Shown here piece by piece: positions 8,732-17,412 of a DNA stretch of 19,477 bases; position 1 is the stretch's first letter, and every line of letters begins with the position of its first letter. The notes beneath the pieces are model-generated. The model made no database searches, had not been told where the DNA came from, and saw nothing but the letters and a program-made list of their open reading frames with translations. Both the position numbers and the translations under genes were made by a program. The stretch lies in NCBI GenBank assembly GCA_027053075.1, contig JALUEE010000012.1, positions 1 through 19,477 on the forward strand, written 5' to 3'. Source of the stretch: a candidate division WOR-3 bacterium (GTDB lineage Bacteria; Hydrothermota; Hydrothermia; B15-G9; WFZT01).

Positions 8732-8767
8732 AAGTGGAAATTTTCCAAAACATGTTGGAGGTGTGTA

Positions 8768-10519
8768 ATGGCAACTATTAAAAGAATTTCAGGAGCCCTT
8801 GTTGTAGGAACAGGGATGAGCGGGGTGAAAATGAACGAAATCGTCTGGGTGGGGAAAATCGGACTCATTGGCGAAGTTATCCGACTCGAAGGAGACGACG
8901 CATATATCCAGGTTTATGAGGACACATCAGGACTCTTCGTTGGAGAGCCCATTGAGCCTACAGGTCAGTCCCTTATCGTGGAGCTCGGCCCCGGATTGCT
9001 ATTCAACGCATTTGATGGGATTCAGAGACCCCTCGAAAAGATCAGAGAGGAGAAGGGGGATTTTATTGAAAGAGGTGTTCATACAGTTGCTCTAAATAGA
9101 GAGAAAAAATGGACTTTTGAGCCTATTGTTAAAAAGGGTGACAAGGTGGGGCCCGGCGACAAGCTTGGTAAAGTGCAGGAGACCCCATCCATTGTCCACT
9201 ACATCATGATGCCTCCCAATATGAAAGAGGGAGTTGTTAAAGAGGCAAGGAAGGGTGATTTTACCATCGAGGAACCAGTTGTAATTTTAGAGGACGGTCG
9301 TGAAATCAAGATGTTCCACAAGTGGCCTGTTAGGATTCCACGTCCTTCCAAAAAGAGATTAAGACCTGTGGTTCCTTTGATGACCGGTCAGAGAATTTTA
9401 GATTTCTTCTTCCCCATTGCTCTCGGTGGAAGTGCTGCGCTTCCCGGTGGATTTGGTACAGGGAAAACGGTGCTTGAGCAGACACTTGCAAAGTACTCAC
9501 TGGTTGACGTTGTTGTATATATCGGATGCGGTGAGCGTGGTAACGAGATGACCGAGGTTCTTGTGGAATTCCCCGAGCTTGAGGACCCACAGAGGGGTGG
9601 GCCTCTCATGGGTAGAACAGTTCTGGTAGTTAACACCTCCAACATGCCAGTTGCTGCCCGTGAGGCTTCCATTTACACGGGGATCACCATCGCAGAGTAT
9701 TACAGAGATATGGGATACAACACGCTTCTGCTTGCTGACTCCACTTCAAGGTGGGCAGAGGCTCTTCGCGAGATTTCTTCACGTCTTGAGGAAATGCCCG
9801 GTGAGGAAGGTTATCCCACATATCTGCACGCAAAGCTGGCAGGATTCTATGAGCGTGCAGGACGTGTGGAAACCCTTGGCAAAGGCGATGAGCAGGGCTC
9901 GGTCACCGTGGTTGGGGCGGTTTCACCTCCAGGTGGTGACTATTCCGAGCCTGTTACGCAGAGTACCATGCGCGTGACCGGTGCTCTCTGGGCACTGGAT
10001 ACAGACCTTGCCCACAGAAGGCATTTCCCCGCAATCAACTGGCTTAGAAGCTACACCCTTTATTATCCACTGATTGAAAAATGGTATCTTGAAAATGTCA
10101 CAAAAGACTGGAGCGAATACAGAAGATGGGCTGGAGAAATGCTCCAGAGAGACGCTGAACTCCAGGAAATCGTCCAGCTCGTTGGTCCGGATGCCCTTCA
10201 CGACCACGAAAGGCTCATGCTCGAGACAGGAAAGCTCATACGTGAAGCATTCCTGCAGCAGAATGCATTCCACGAGGTTGATGCGTCCTGTCCCACTGAC
10301 AAACTTTTCGGGATGATTAAAATTATCAGATTCTTCTACGAAACAGCAGAAAAGGCATTGAAAGAACAAACTGCAACAATTGAAACAATAACCACACTGC
10401 CCGAACTCGAGGAGATCACAAGGCTCAAAGAGCTGCCCGTAGATAAGTTTAATGAGAAGGTGAAAGAGATTGAGGCCTCGCTTGTGGCCAAGCTCTTGGG
10501 TGAGAAGAAGGCAGCTTAG
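8768..10519 (+). CDS. atpA: V/A-type ATP synthase catalytic subunit A
   Basis: [14 protein letters not shown], non-homologous region, Walker [55 protein letters not shown] and HFPAINW. Confidence 0.97.
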   Translation: MATIKRISGALVVGTGMSGVKMNEIVWVGKIGLIGEVIRLEGDDAYIQVYEDTSGLFVGEPIEPTGQSLIVELGPGLLFNAFDGIQRPLEKIREEKGDFIERGVHTVALNREKKWTFEPIVKKGDKVGPGDKLGKVQETPSIVHYIMMPPNMKEGVVKEARKGDFTIEEPVVILEDGREIKMFHKWPVRIPRPSKKRLRPVVPLMTGQRILDFFFPIALGGSAALPGGFGTGKTVLEQTLAKYSLVDVVVYIGCGERGNEMTEVLVEFPELEDPQRGGPLMGRTVLVVNTSNMPVAAREASIYTGITIAEYYRDMGYNTLLLADSTSRWAEALREISSRLEEMPGEEGYPTYLHAKLAGFYERAGRVETLGKGDEQGSVTVVGAVSPPGGDYSEPVTQSTMRVTGALWALDTDLAHRRHFPAINWLRSYTLYYPLIEKWYLENVTKDWSEYRRWAGEMLQRDAELQEIVQLVGPDALHDHERLMLETGKLIREAFLQQNAFHEVDASCPTDKLFGMIKIIRFFYETAEKALKEQTATIETITTLPELEEITRLKELPVDKFNEKVKEIEASLVAKLLGEKKAA

Positions 10520-10542
10520 ATATTTAGAAAATGAGTGAATTT

Positions 10543-10602
10543 GCTGACGTCCCCGCTTTGCGGGGCGTCCGCCCCGCAAAGCGGGGACGTCAGCTCCTTT
10601 TT
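10543..10602 (+). terminator. Perfect 25-bp inverted repeat with nested hairpins, followed by a T-run (terminator or REP-doublet-like)
   Basis: GCTGACGTCCCCGCTTTGCGGGGCG-TC-CGCCCCGCAAAGCGGGGACGTCAGC (10543-10594), then TCCTTTTT. Confidence 0.7.
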
Positions 10603-10632
10603 AATTTTCAACACAGGGAGGCTTAACTCAAA

Positions 10633-13221
10633 ATGGCTAAGAAAAACGAGTACCCCATCCACGAAATCGAAAAGAAATGGCAGAAATGGTGGGAAGAAAT
10701 AGGACTCCATAAGACAAAAGAGAACCCCCAGAACAAATACTACGTCCTCGAAATGTTCCCCTATCCATCCGGCGACCTTCACATGGGACACCTCAAAAAT
10801 TACGTTATTGGCGATGTGGTTGCTCGTGTAAAACTCATGGAAGGCTTTGATATTCTACATCCCATGGGATGGGATGCCTTTGGACTGCCCGCTGAGAATG
10901 CCGCTATCAAACACGGAATTGACCCCAAGGAGTGGACTTACAAAAACATTAACACCTACAAAGAGACCCTCAAAAGTATCGGGATAACCTACGATTGGGA
11001 CCGAGAGATTGCCACCTGTGCCCCAGATTACTACAAATGGACTCAGTGGATTTTCCTTTTCCTCTACAAAAAAGGCCTTGCCTACAGGAAAAACGAATAC
11101 GTCAACTGGTGTCCAAACTGTAAGACAGTGCTTGCCAATGAGCAGGTAATAGAGGGGAAATGCGAAAGATGCGGAACACCTGTCGTTAAGAAAAAGCTCG
11201 AGCAGTGGTTTTTCAAAATCACCGACTATGCTGAGAGACTGCTTGAGGATTTGAAGCTCCTTGAGGGTAAATGGCCTCCAAAAATCATTAAGATGCAGGA
11301 GAACTGGATTGGGAAGTCCGAGGGGACTGAAATTGTTTTCATGTATCAGGATGGGAAAACGAGACTCCCTGTGTTTACCACAAGGGCAGATACAGTTTTT
11401 GGTGTTACATTCATAACCATCGCACCGGAGCACGAGATTCTTGAAACCATTTTAAAAGATTCTCCCAACAGGGAAGAGGTTGAAAAATACATCCAGGAGG
11501 CGCTCCAGAAGACTGAGATGGAGCGCACCGCTGAGGAGAAAGAAAAGACGGGAATTTTCACAGGCACATATGCCATCCATCCACTTACAGGTGAGAAGGT
11601 TCAAATCTGGGTCGCGGATTATGTTCTTGCCAACTACGGAACGGGAATCGTGATGGGCGTGCCTGCCCATGACGAGAGGGATTACCAGTTTGCCAAAAAG
11701 TACGGCATTCCCATTATCAATGTTATCAAGCCACCTGAGGGGGAGATTGAGGAAGGAGAGCTTTACACAGGCTATGGAATAATGGTAAATTCCGGTGAAT
11801 TTAGCGGACTCACCTCTGAAGAGGGTATCAAAGCACTTCAGAAAAAATTAAAAGAGCTCGGACTTGGTGGGCCAGCAGTGAGCTACAGGCTCAAGGATTG
11901 GCTGATTTCAAGGCAGCGTTACTGGGGGGCACCCATACCGGTGGTGCACTGTCCAAAGTGCGGCGTGGTGCCAGTTCCAGAGGACCAGCTTCCAGTTAAA
12001 CTTCCCGAAAATATCAAAAGTTTCATGCCCCAGGGTCGCTCACCCCTTGAGGATGTGGAAGAGTTTATGAACACCACCTGTCCAAAGTGCGGCGGGCCGG
12101 CAAGACGCGACCCTGACACCATGGACACATTCGTGGATTCTTCATGGTATTATTTGAGATACACTGATCCCCACAACGACCACGAGCCTTTCAGCAAGGA
12201 AGAGGCAAATAAATGGATGCCCGTTGACCAGTATATCGGCGGTGCTGAGCATGCGACAAAGCACCTGATTTACGCAAGATTTATCAACAAAGTTTTTTAC
12301 GATGAAGGGATGGTTCCTGCTCCTGAGCCTTTCTCAGCACTCTTTACGCAGGGATTGGTTCACAAAAAATTCTACTGGTGCCCCAAATGTCTTGAAGTTG
12401 TTGAGGAAAAGGACGTCGAATTCAAAGAGATTAACGGCGAAAAGGTTCCATTCCATACAAAATGCGGCACTCAGTTGGAAGAACGCGTGGAAATGATGTC
12501 AAAGTCAAGAGGTAACGTGGTGCGCGTGGGGCCGTTTGTTCGGGAGCATGGAGCTGATGTTGCGAGGATAACCATCCTCTTTGCCGGTCCTGCTGAGAAG
12601 GACATGGAGTGGACAGATGCCGGCGTCGAGGGTGCCAAAAGATTTCTGAACCGCGTGTGGCGTCTCTATCAGGAAAACCTTGATAAGATTAACAAATCTG
12701 GTGAAGTTGACCCGGATAAGATGAGCGACGAAGAGAAAAAACTCTACGTGACGCTTCAGAGAACCATTTACGAGGTGAGAAAAGACTCCACAGAGTTTCA
12801 TTTCAACACGGCAATTGCAAGAATTATGGAGCTTGTGAATGCGCTCTATACATTCAAGGATACCAGCAGTCCTGTTTTTGCCCTCAGCCTTCAGAAATTA
12901 GTTCTGCTCCTTGCACCTTTTGCACCACATCTTGCGGAAGAGCTCTGGCATCAGCTCGGCCACGAGGAATCTGTTTTCAAAAACAGATTCCCGGAGTACG
13001 ATGAGAAATACCTCACCCACGATACAGTTGAAATTCCGGTTCAGATAAACGGAAAGGTAAGGAGCAGGCTCGAGGTTCCGCTCGATTCAGATAAAGATAG
13101 CGTACTTGAGATTGCTCTTGCAGATAAAAAGGTTAAAAGATTTGTTGAGGGCAAAGAAATTGTGAAGGTAATTTATGTGCCCAACAAACTTTTAAGTCTG
13201 GTGGTAAAAAATGGACATTAA
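10633..13221 (+). CDS. leuS: Leucine--tRNA ligase
   Basis: MFPYPSGDLHMGH (HIGH motif), GWDAFGLPAENAA, CP1 editing domain FTTRADT/GTGIVMGVPAHDERD, RLKDWLISRQRYWG, DTMDTFVDSSWY, MMSKS and VQINGKVR. Confidence 0.98.
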   Translation: MAKKNEYPIHEIEKKWQKWWEEIGLHKTKENPQNKYYVLEMFPYPSGDLHMGHLKNYVIGDVVARVKLMEGFDILHPMGWDAFGLPAENAAIKHGIDPKEWTYKNINTYKETLKSIGITYDWDREIATCAPDYYKWTQWIFLFLYKKGLAYRKNEYVNWCPNCKTVLANEQVIEGKCERCGTPVVKKKLEQWFFKITDYAERLLEDLKLLEGKWPPKIIKMQENWIGKSEGTEIVFMYQDGKTRLPVFTTRADTVFGVTFITIAPEHEILETILKDSPNREEVEKYIQEALQKTEMERTAEEKEKTGIFTGTYAIHPLTGEKVQIWVADYVLANYGTGIVMGVPAHDERDYQFAKKYGIPIINVIKPPEGEIEEGELYTGYGIMVNSGEFSGLTSEEGIKALQKKLKELGLGGPAVSYRLKDWLISRQRYWGAPIPVVHCPKCGVVPVPEDQLPVKLPENIKSFMPQGRSPLEDVEEFMNTTCPKCGGPARRDPDTMDTFVDSSWYYLRYTDPHNDHEPFSKEEANKWMPVDQYIGGAEHATKHLIYARFINKVFYDEGMVPAPEPFSALFTQGLVHKKFYWCPKCLEVVEEKDVEFKEINGEKVPFHTKCGTQLEERVEMMSKSRGNVVRVGPFVREHGADVARITILFAGPAEKDMEWTDAGVEGAKRFLNRVWRLYQENLDKINKSGEVDPDKMSDEEKKLYVTLQRTIYEVRKDSTEFHFNTAIARIMELVNALYTFKDTSSPVFALSLQKLVLLLAPFAPHLAEELWHQLGHEESVFKNRFPEYDEKYLTHDTVEIPVQINGKVRSRLEVPLDSDKDSVLEIALADKKVKRFVEGKEIVKVIYVPNKLLSLVVKNGH

Positions 13222-14011
13222 ACTTGCAAGGATAAAGAAGGGAGGGGAGATATTTTTCGGAGCGGTAATAGATGGCAACTTTTTCCCCATGATAAATGAA
13301 ACTACCGGGGAGAAGATTGACCGCTCTCTCAATACCGTTTTTGATTTTGTTTATGAAGATTTGCTTGTGCCGGTGAACCCGACCAAGATCGTGGCAGTTG
13401 GATTGAACTATCGCTCCCATGTGGGTGAAATAAGGGAGCAGGATGAAGAGCCGGAGGAACCAAAAATTTTCATAAAACCCTCCACTGCGGTAATTGGGCC
13501 GGATGAGGAAATTGTGGTGCCACCAGACATCGGGCGAGTGGATTACGAGGCCGAGCTTGCCGTGGTGATAAAGGAAAAGGCCCGTAACGTTTCGATGGAA
13601 GAGGCCGAAAAATACATACTTGGCTACACATGCCTCAACGATGTTACGGCAAGAGACCTGCAGAGAAAGGACGGTCAGTGGACCCGTGCCAAGGGTTTTG
13701 ACACCTTTGCTCCTGTGGGCCCCTGGGTTGTGCCGGCTGAGTACTTTGATCCCTCAGAGGTAAATCTTGAAACGAGGGTCAATGGTGTTCGTGTCCAGCA
13801 GGGAAATACAAAGGACATGATTTTCCCTATCCCATTCCTTGTATCGTACATCTCGAAAATCATGACGCTTAATGCAGGAGACATTGTCTCAACTGGAACT
13901 CCCCGTGGGGTGGGACCGATTAAACCTGGTGACATTGTTGAAATTGAGATTGAGGGGCTTGGGGTCCTTCGCAATCCTGTGGTGGAAGGGCCGAAATTTT
14001 ATGAGGATTAG
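13211..14011 (+). CDS. Fumarylacetoacetate hydrolase family protein
   Basis: PTKIVAVGLNY, IFIKPS, DYEAELAVVI, NDVTARDLQ, WTRAKGFDTF and GDIVSTGTP. Confidence 0.93.
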   Translation: MDIKLARIKKGGEIFFGAVIDGNFFPMINETTGEKIDRSLNTVFDFVYEDLLVPVNPTKIVAVGLNYRSHVGEIREQDEEPEEPKIFIKPSTAVIGPDEEIVVPPDIGRVDYEAELAVVIKEKARNVSMEEAEKYILGYTCLNDVTARDLQRKDGQWTRAKGFDTFAPVGPWVVPAEYFDPSEVNLETRVNGVRVQQGNTKDMIFPIPFLVSYISKIMTLNAGDIVSTGTPRGVGPIKPGDIVEIEIEGLGVLRNPVVEGPKFYED

Positions 14012-14013
14012 CA

Positions 14014-14700
14014 ATGCTGCCCATCAAAGATGAAAATCCATCCTACAGACGACCGTGGGTAAACTACACCCTCATAACCATAAACATCCTTGTGTTTTTT
14101 TACGAGCTTTCCCTTGGCCGTGAGCTAAATAGATTTATTTTTCGATACGGTGTCATTCCGGTCGAAATAATTCACGGACGCGGGTGGCTTACTATTTTCA
14201 CATCAATGTTTCTACACGGCGGATGGATGCACATCTTTGGCAACATGTTGTATCTCTGGATTTTTGGCGATAATGTCGAGGATTCTATAGGACATTTCAA
14301 ATATCTCATTTTTTATCTCATTTCCGGTGTGGCTGCAGCACTGACACAGGTCTTGGTCAATCCCACGTCCCACATTCCTTTGATCGGTGCGTCCGGCGCC
14401 ATTTCCGGAGTTCTTGGAGCGTATTTCGTGCTTTACCCACGGGCAAGGGTTTTGACACTGATTCCCGATCCTTTCACATTAGGGCTTTTTCTCAGAATAG
14501 TTAGAATTCCTGCATTTTTCGTTCTTGGTTTCTGGTTTATAATTCAATTCATGTATGGACTTGCCAGTCTGCCCTATATGGGGCGGACAGGTGGGGTTGC
14601 GTTCTTTGCACATATCGGTGGTTTTGTTTTCGGCATGATTGCAATAAAATTTTTCAATCCAAGGAAACATTACCATTACTGGTATTGGAACAGATTCTAA
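14014..14700 (+). CDS. Rhomboid-family intramembrane serine protease
   Basis: TSMFLHGGWMHIFGNM, catalytic GASGAISG, AHIGGF and several hydrophobic segments. Confidence 0.93.
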   Translation: MLPIKDENPSYRRPWVNYTLITINILVFFYELSLGRELNRFIFRYGVIPVEIIHGRGWLTIFTSMFLHGGWMHIFGNMLYLWIFGDNVEDSIGHFKYLIFYLISGVAAALTQVLVNPTSHIPLIGASGAISGVLGAYFVLYPRARVLTLIPDPFTLGLFLRIVRIPAFFVLGFWFIIQFMYGLASLPYMGRTGGVAFFAHIGGFVFGMIAIKFFNPRKHYHYWYWNRF

Positions 14701-14717
14701 TTTTGGGAGGAATTTAA

Positions 14718-15860
14718 ATGAAGCTGCTTGAATATAGCTCAAAAGAAGTATTGAAAAGATATGGTTTACCGATACAGGCCGGTGAGGTTGCCAAAACCGT
14801 AGAGGAAGTTGAAAAAATAGTTGAAAAGTTGAAATTTCCTGTGGTTATCAAAGCTCAGGTGCCTGTAGGTGGAAGAGGTAAGGCTGGTGGTGTTAAGCTT
14901 GCTCACAACAAGGAAGAGGCTATTGAAAAGGCAAAAGCCATACTTGGCATGCAGATAAAAGGCATTACCGTTAAGAAAGTTCTCGTGACAGAGGCAGTTG
15001 ATATTGACAAGGAAATTTATGCTGGTGTGGTAGTTGATAGACGTTCAAAGAGGCCGGTCGTTATGGTCTCCAGTGAGGGTGGAGTTGACATTGAAGAGGT
15101 GGCAAGGACAAAGCCCGAGGCAATTCACAAGTATGCAGTTGACCCGATTCTCGGTTTTCCGCAGTACAAAGCGAGGGAGCTTGCTTTTAAGGTTGTGGAT
15201 GACCCAAAGCTGGCAGTCAAATTTTCCTCAAATCTTGTAAAGCTTTACAACGCATTCGTTGGACTCGATGCCCAGCTTGCCGAAATCAACCCATTTGTTA
15301 TCGATAAGAATGGAGAGCTCTGGGCAGTAGATGCAAAGGTTATAGTTGACGACAACGCGCTTTTCAGGCACCCTGATATTGAGCAGATGAGAGACCTGGA
15401 TTACGAGAATTTAGAGGAGCTTGAGGCCAAAAAATACGGACTCTCCTTTGTGAAACTTGACGGATACGTCGGATGTATGGTGAATGGTGCCGGGCTTGCA
15501 ATGGCGACGATGGATATAATCAAGAAATACGGTGGAGACCCTGCAAACTTCCTTGATGTGGGCGGAAGCTCTAATCCTGAGAAAGTTATAAAGGCTATGC
15601 AAATTATCCTGGAAGACCCTAACGTGAGGTCTATCTATGTGAATATCTTTGGCGGAATCACAAGATGTGACGATATTGCGAAGGGATTGATCGAGGCATT
15701 TTCGAGCATGGATGTGAAGGTGCCCGTAGTTATCAGGCTAACGGGAACCAACGAAGAGCTTGGTAAGAAGATGCTCGAGGAGTCCGGATTACCACTTGTT
15801 ACAGCATCAACCATGGCAGAGGGGGCTCAGAAGGCTATTGAGCTGGCGAAACAGGGTTGA
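14718..15860 (+). CDS. sucC: Succinate--CoA ligase (ADP-forming) beta subunit
   Basis: KAQVPVGGRGKAGGVK, EGGVDIEEVA, EINP, DAKV..DDNALFRH, GCMVNGAGLAMATMD, ANFLDVGG and NIFGGITRCD. Confidence 0.95.
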   Translation: MKLLEYSSKEVLKRYGLPIQAGEVAKTVEEVEKIVEKLKFPVVIKAQVPVGGRGKAGGVKLAHNKEEAIEKAKAILGMQIKGITVKKVLVTEAVDIDKEIYAGVVVDRRSKRPVVMVSSEGGVDIEEVARTKPEAIHKYAVDPILGFPQYKARELAFKVVDDPKLAVKFSSNLVKLYNAFVGLDAQLAEINPFVIDKNGELWAVDAKVIVDDNALFRHPDIEQMRDLDYENLEELEAKKYGLSFVKLDGYVGCMVNGAGLAMATMDIIKKYGGDPANFLDVGGSSNPEKVIKAMQIILEDPNVRSIYVNIFGGITRCDDIAKGLIEAFSSMDVKVPVVIRLTGTNEELGKKMLEESGLPLVTASTMAEGAQKAIELAKQG

Positions 15861-15867
15861 TTTTTGT

Positions 15868-15898
15868 TGTGGCGGCAGCGCTTCGCGCTGCCGCCACA
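15868..15898. terminator. Perfect 14-bp hairpin directly after sucC
   Basis: TGTGGCGGCAGCGC-TTC-GCGCTGCCGCCACA followed by TTCATTTC. Confidence 0.65.
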
Positions 15899-15968
15899 TT
15901 CATTTCTTCAAAGGAGGGGTAAATCTCAAAAACTTTAAAACTTTACCTCTCCAACTGGGAGGTAGGAC

Positions 15969-17282
15969 ATGGATGATTTAATTGAGAAAATTAAAAATCG
16001 TGAGGCAAAGGTCGGGATCATAGGCCTTGGATATGTGGGACTTCCCCTTGCAAGGGAGTTCCTCAATCAGGGATTTACTGTCGTAGGATTCGATATTGAC
16101 GAGAAGAAGGTTGATAAAATCAACAGGGGACTGAGCTACATTAAACACATCCCGTCTGATTTCATCGGGAAGTTTGTAAATCAGGGTAAATTAGAAGCAA
16201 CGACAAATTTCACAAGACTGAAAGAGGTGGATGCTATTCTGATCTGTGTTCCCACACCATTGGGCGAGCACATGGAGCCCGATTTGAGCTATGTACTTTC
16301 AACCACTGAAACGATTTCCAGAAACTTGAGGAAAGGACATATTGTAGTTCTTGAGAGTACAACCTATCCCGGGACAACAGAGGAGGAGATGCTGCCAATT
16401 TTAGAGCGCTCCGGCCTGAAGGCAGGAGAGGATTTCTGCCTCGGCTACTCTCCTGAGCGCGAAGACCCCGGGAACAAAAAGTTCACCACAAGAACAATTC
16501 CGAAGGTTGTGAGTGGCATTAATGAGAAATGCCTTGAGGTAATCAAAACCCTCTACGACCAGATTGTAGAGACAACAGTACCGGTTTCATCTCCCCGTGT
16601 GGCGGAGTCAACAAAGCTGCTTGAAAACATTTATCGAGCCATTAACATTGCCCTTGTGAATGAACTCAAGATGATTTTTGACAGGATGGGAATTGATGTG
16701 TGGGAAGTGATCGAGGCTGCAAAAACCAAACCTTTTGGATTTCAGGCCTTTTATCCAGGGCCTGGTCTCGGTGGGCACTGCATTCCCATTGACCCCTTTT
16801 ATCTAACGTGGAAGTCCAAAGAGTATGACCTTCCCACAAAATTTATCGAGCTTGCTGGTGAAATCAACACATTTATGCCCTACTTCGTGATAGAAAAAAC
16901 CATTAAGGCTTTAAATGCACACGGTAAAAGTATTAAGGGAGCGAAAATACTCGTTCTTGGAGTTGCTTACAAACCCGATGTGGACGACATGAGGGAAAGC
17001 CCATCACTTAAGGTTATCGATTTACTGAAAAAAGAGGGTGCCGAGGTTGACTATAACGACCCTTATATCCCTGAGATACCAGAGACTCGTAAATATAAGT
17101 TTAAGATGAAATCTGTCGAGCTTACACCAGAGAATTTAAAGTCTTACGATGCAGTACTCATCACCACCGACCACAGTGTTTACGACTACGAGACCATTGA
17201 AAAGTATGCAAATCTGATAATAGACACCCGTAACGCATTGAAAAAGAGGGGAATTATAAACGGAAAGATTGTAAAGGCATAG
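15969..17282 (+). CDS. Nucleotide-sugar dehydrogenase (UDP-N-acetylhexosamine 6-dehydrogenase, WbpA/WecC family)
   Basis: Rossmann GLGYVGLP, ICVPTP, LESTTYPGTT, YSPEREDPGN, KLLEN, catalytic GPGLGGHCIPIDP and GVAYKPDVDDMRESP. Confidence 0.93.
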   Translation: MDDLIEKIKNREAKVGIIGLGYVGLPLAREFLNQGFTVVGFDIDEKKVDKINRGLSYIKHIPSDFIGKFVNQGKLEATTNFTRLKEVDAILICVPTPLGEHMEPDLSYVLSTTETISRNLRKGHIVVLESTTYPGTTEEEMLPILERSGLKAGEDFCLGYSPEREDPGNKKFTTRTIPKVVSGINEKCLEVIKTLYDQIVETTVPVSSPRVAESTKLLENIYRAINIALVNELKMIFDRMGIDVWEVIEAAKTKPFGFQAFYPGPGLGGHCIPIDPFYLTWKSKEYDLPTKFIELAGEINTFMPYFVIEKTIKALNAHGKSIKGAKILVLGVAYKPDVDDMRESPSLKVIDLLKKEGAEVDYNDPYIPEIPETRKYKFKMKSVELTPENLKSYDAVLITTDHSVYDYETIEKYANLIIDTRNALKKRGIINGKIVKA

Positions 17283-17412
17283 CACCTTTAAATTTCACTT
17301 TACAGGTAACCTTGTATATGATGGGATGAAAGTCTGTCAATACCTTCAAGAGTTTTATTCCCTATAAAGTTTGAACTGTTTAGCCTAAAGTAAAGTAATG
17401 TTACTTGTATCC

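Noticed and set aside
9440..9480. Intein in ATPase subunit A at the usual P-loop site
   Set aside because: [12 protein letters not shown] is continuous and the 583-aa length is normal.
10520..10632. T-box riboswitch upstream of leuS
   Set aside because: Only 113 nt of leader, and no T-box consensus (AAnnnGGGTGGnACC) or stem I motifs.
9923..11433. Long antisense ORFs (9923-10579, 10855-11433) and other short shadow ORFs in the track
   Set aside because: They lie opposite or inside well-supported genes and look like codon-bias shadows.
14665..14700. Aromatic-rich rhomboid tail HYHYWYWNRF
   Set aside because: Too short and low in complexity to support any functional claim.
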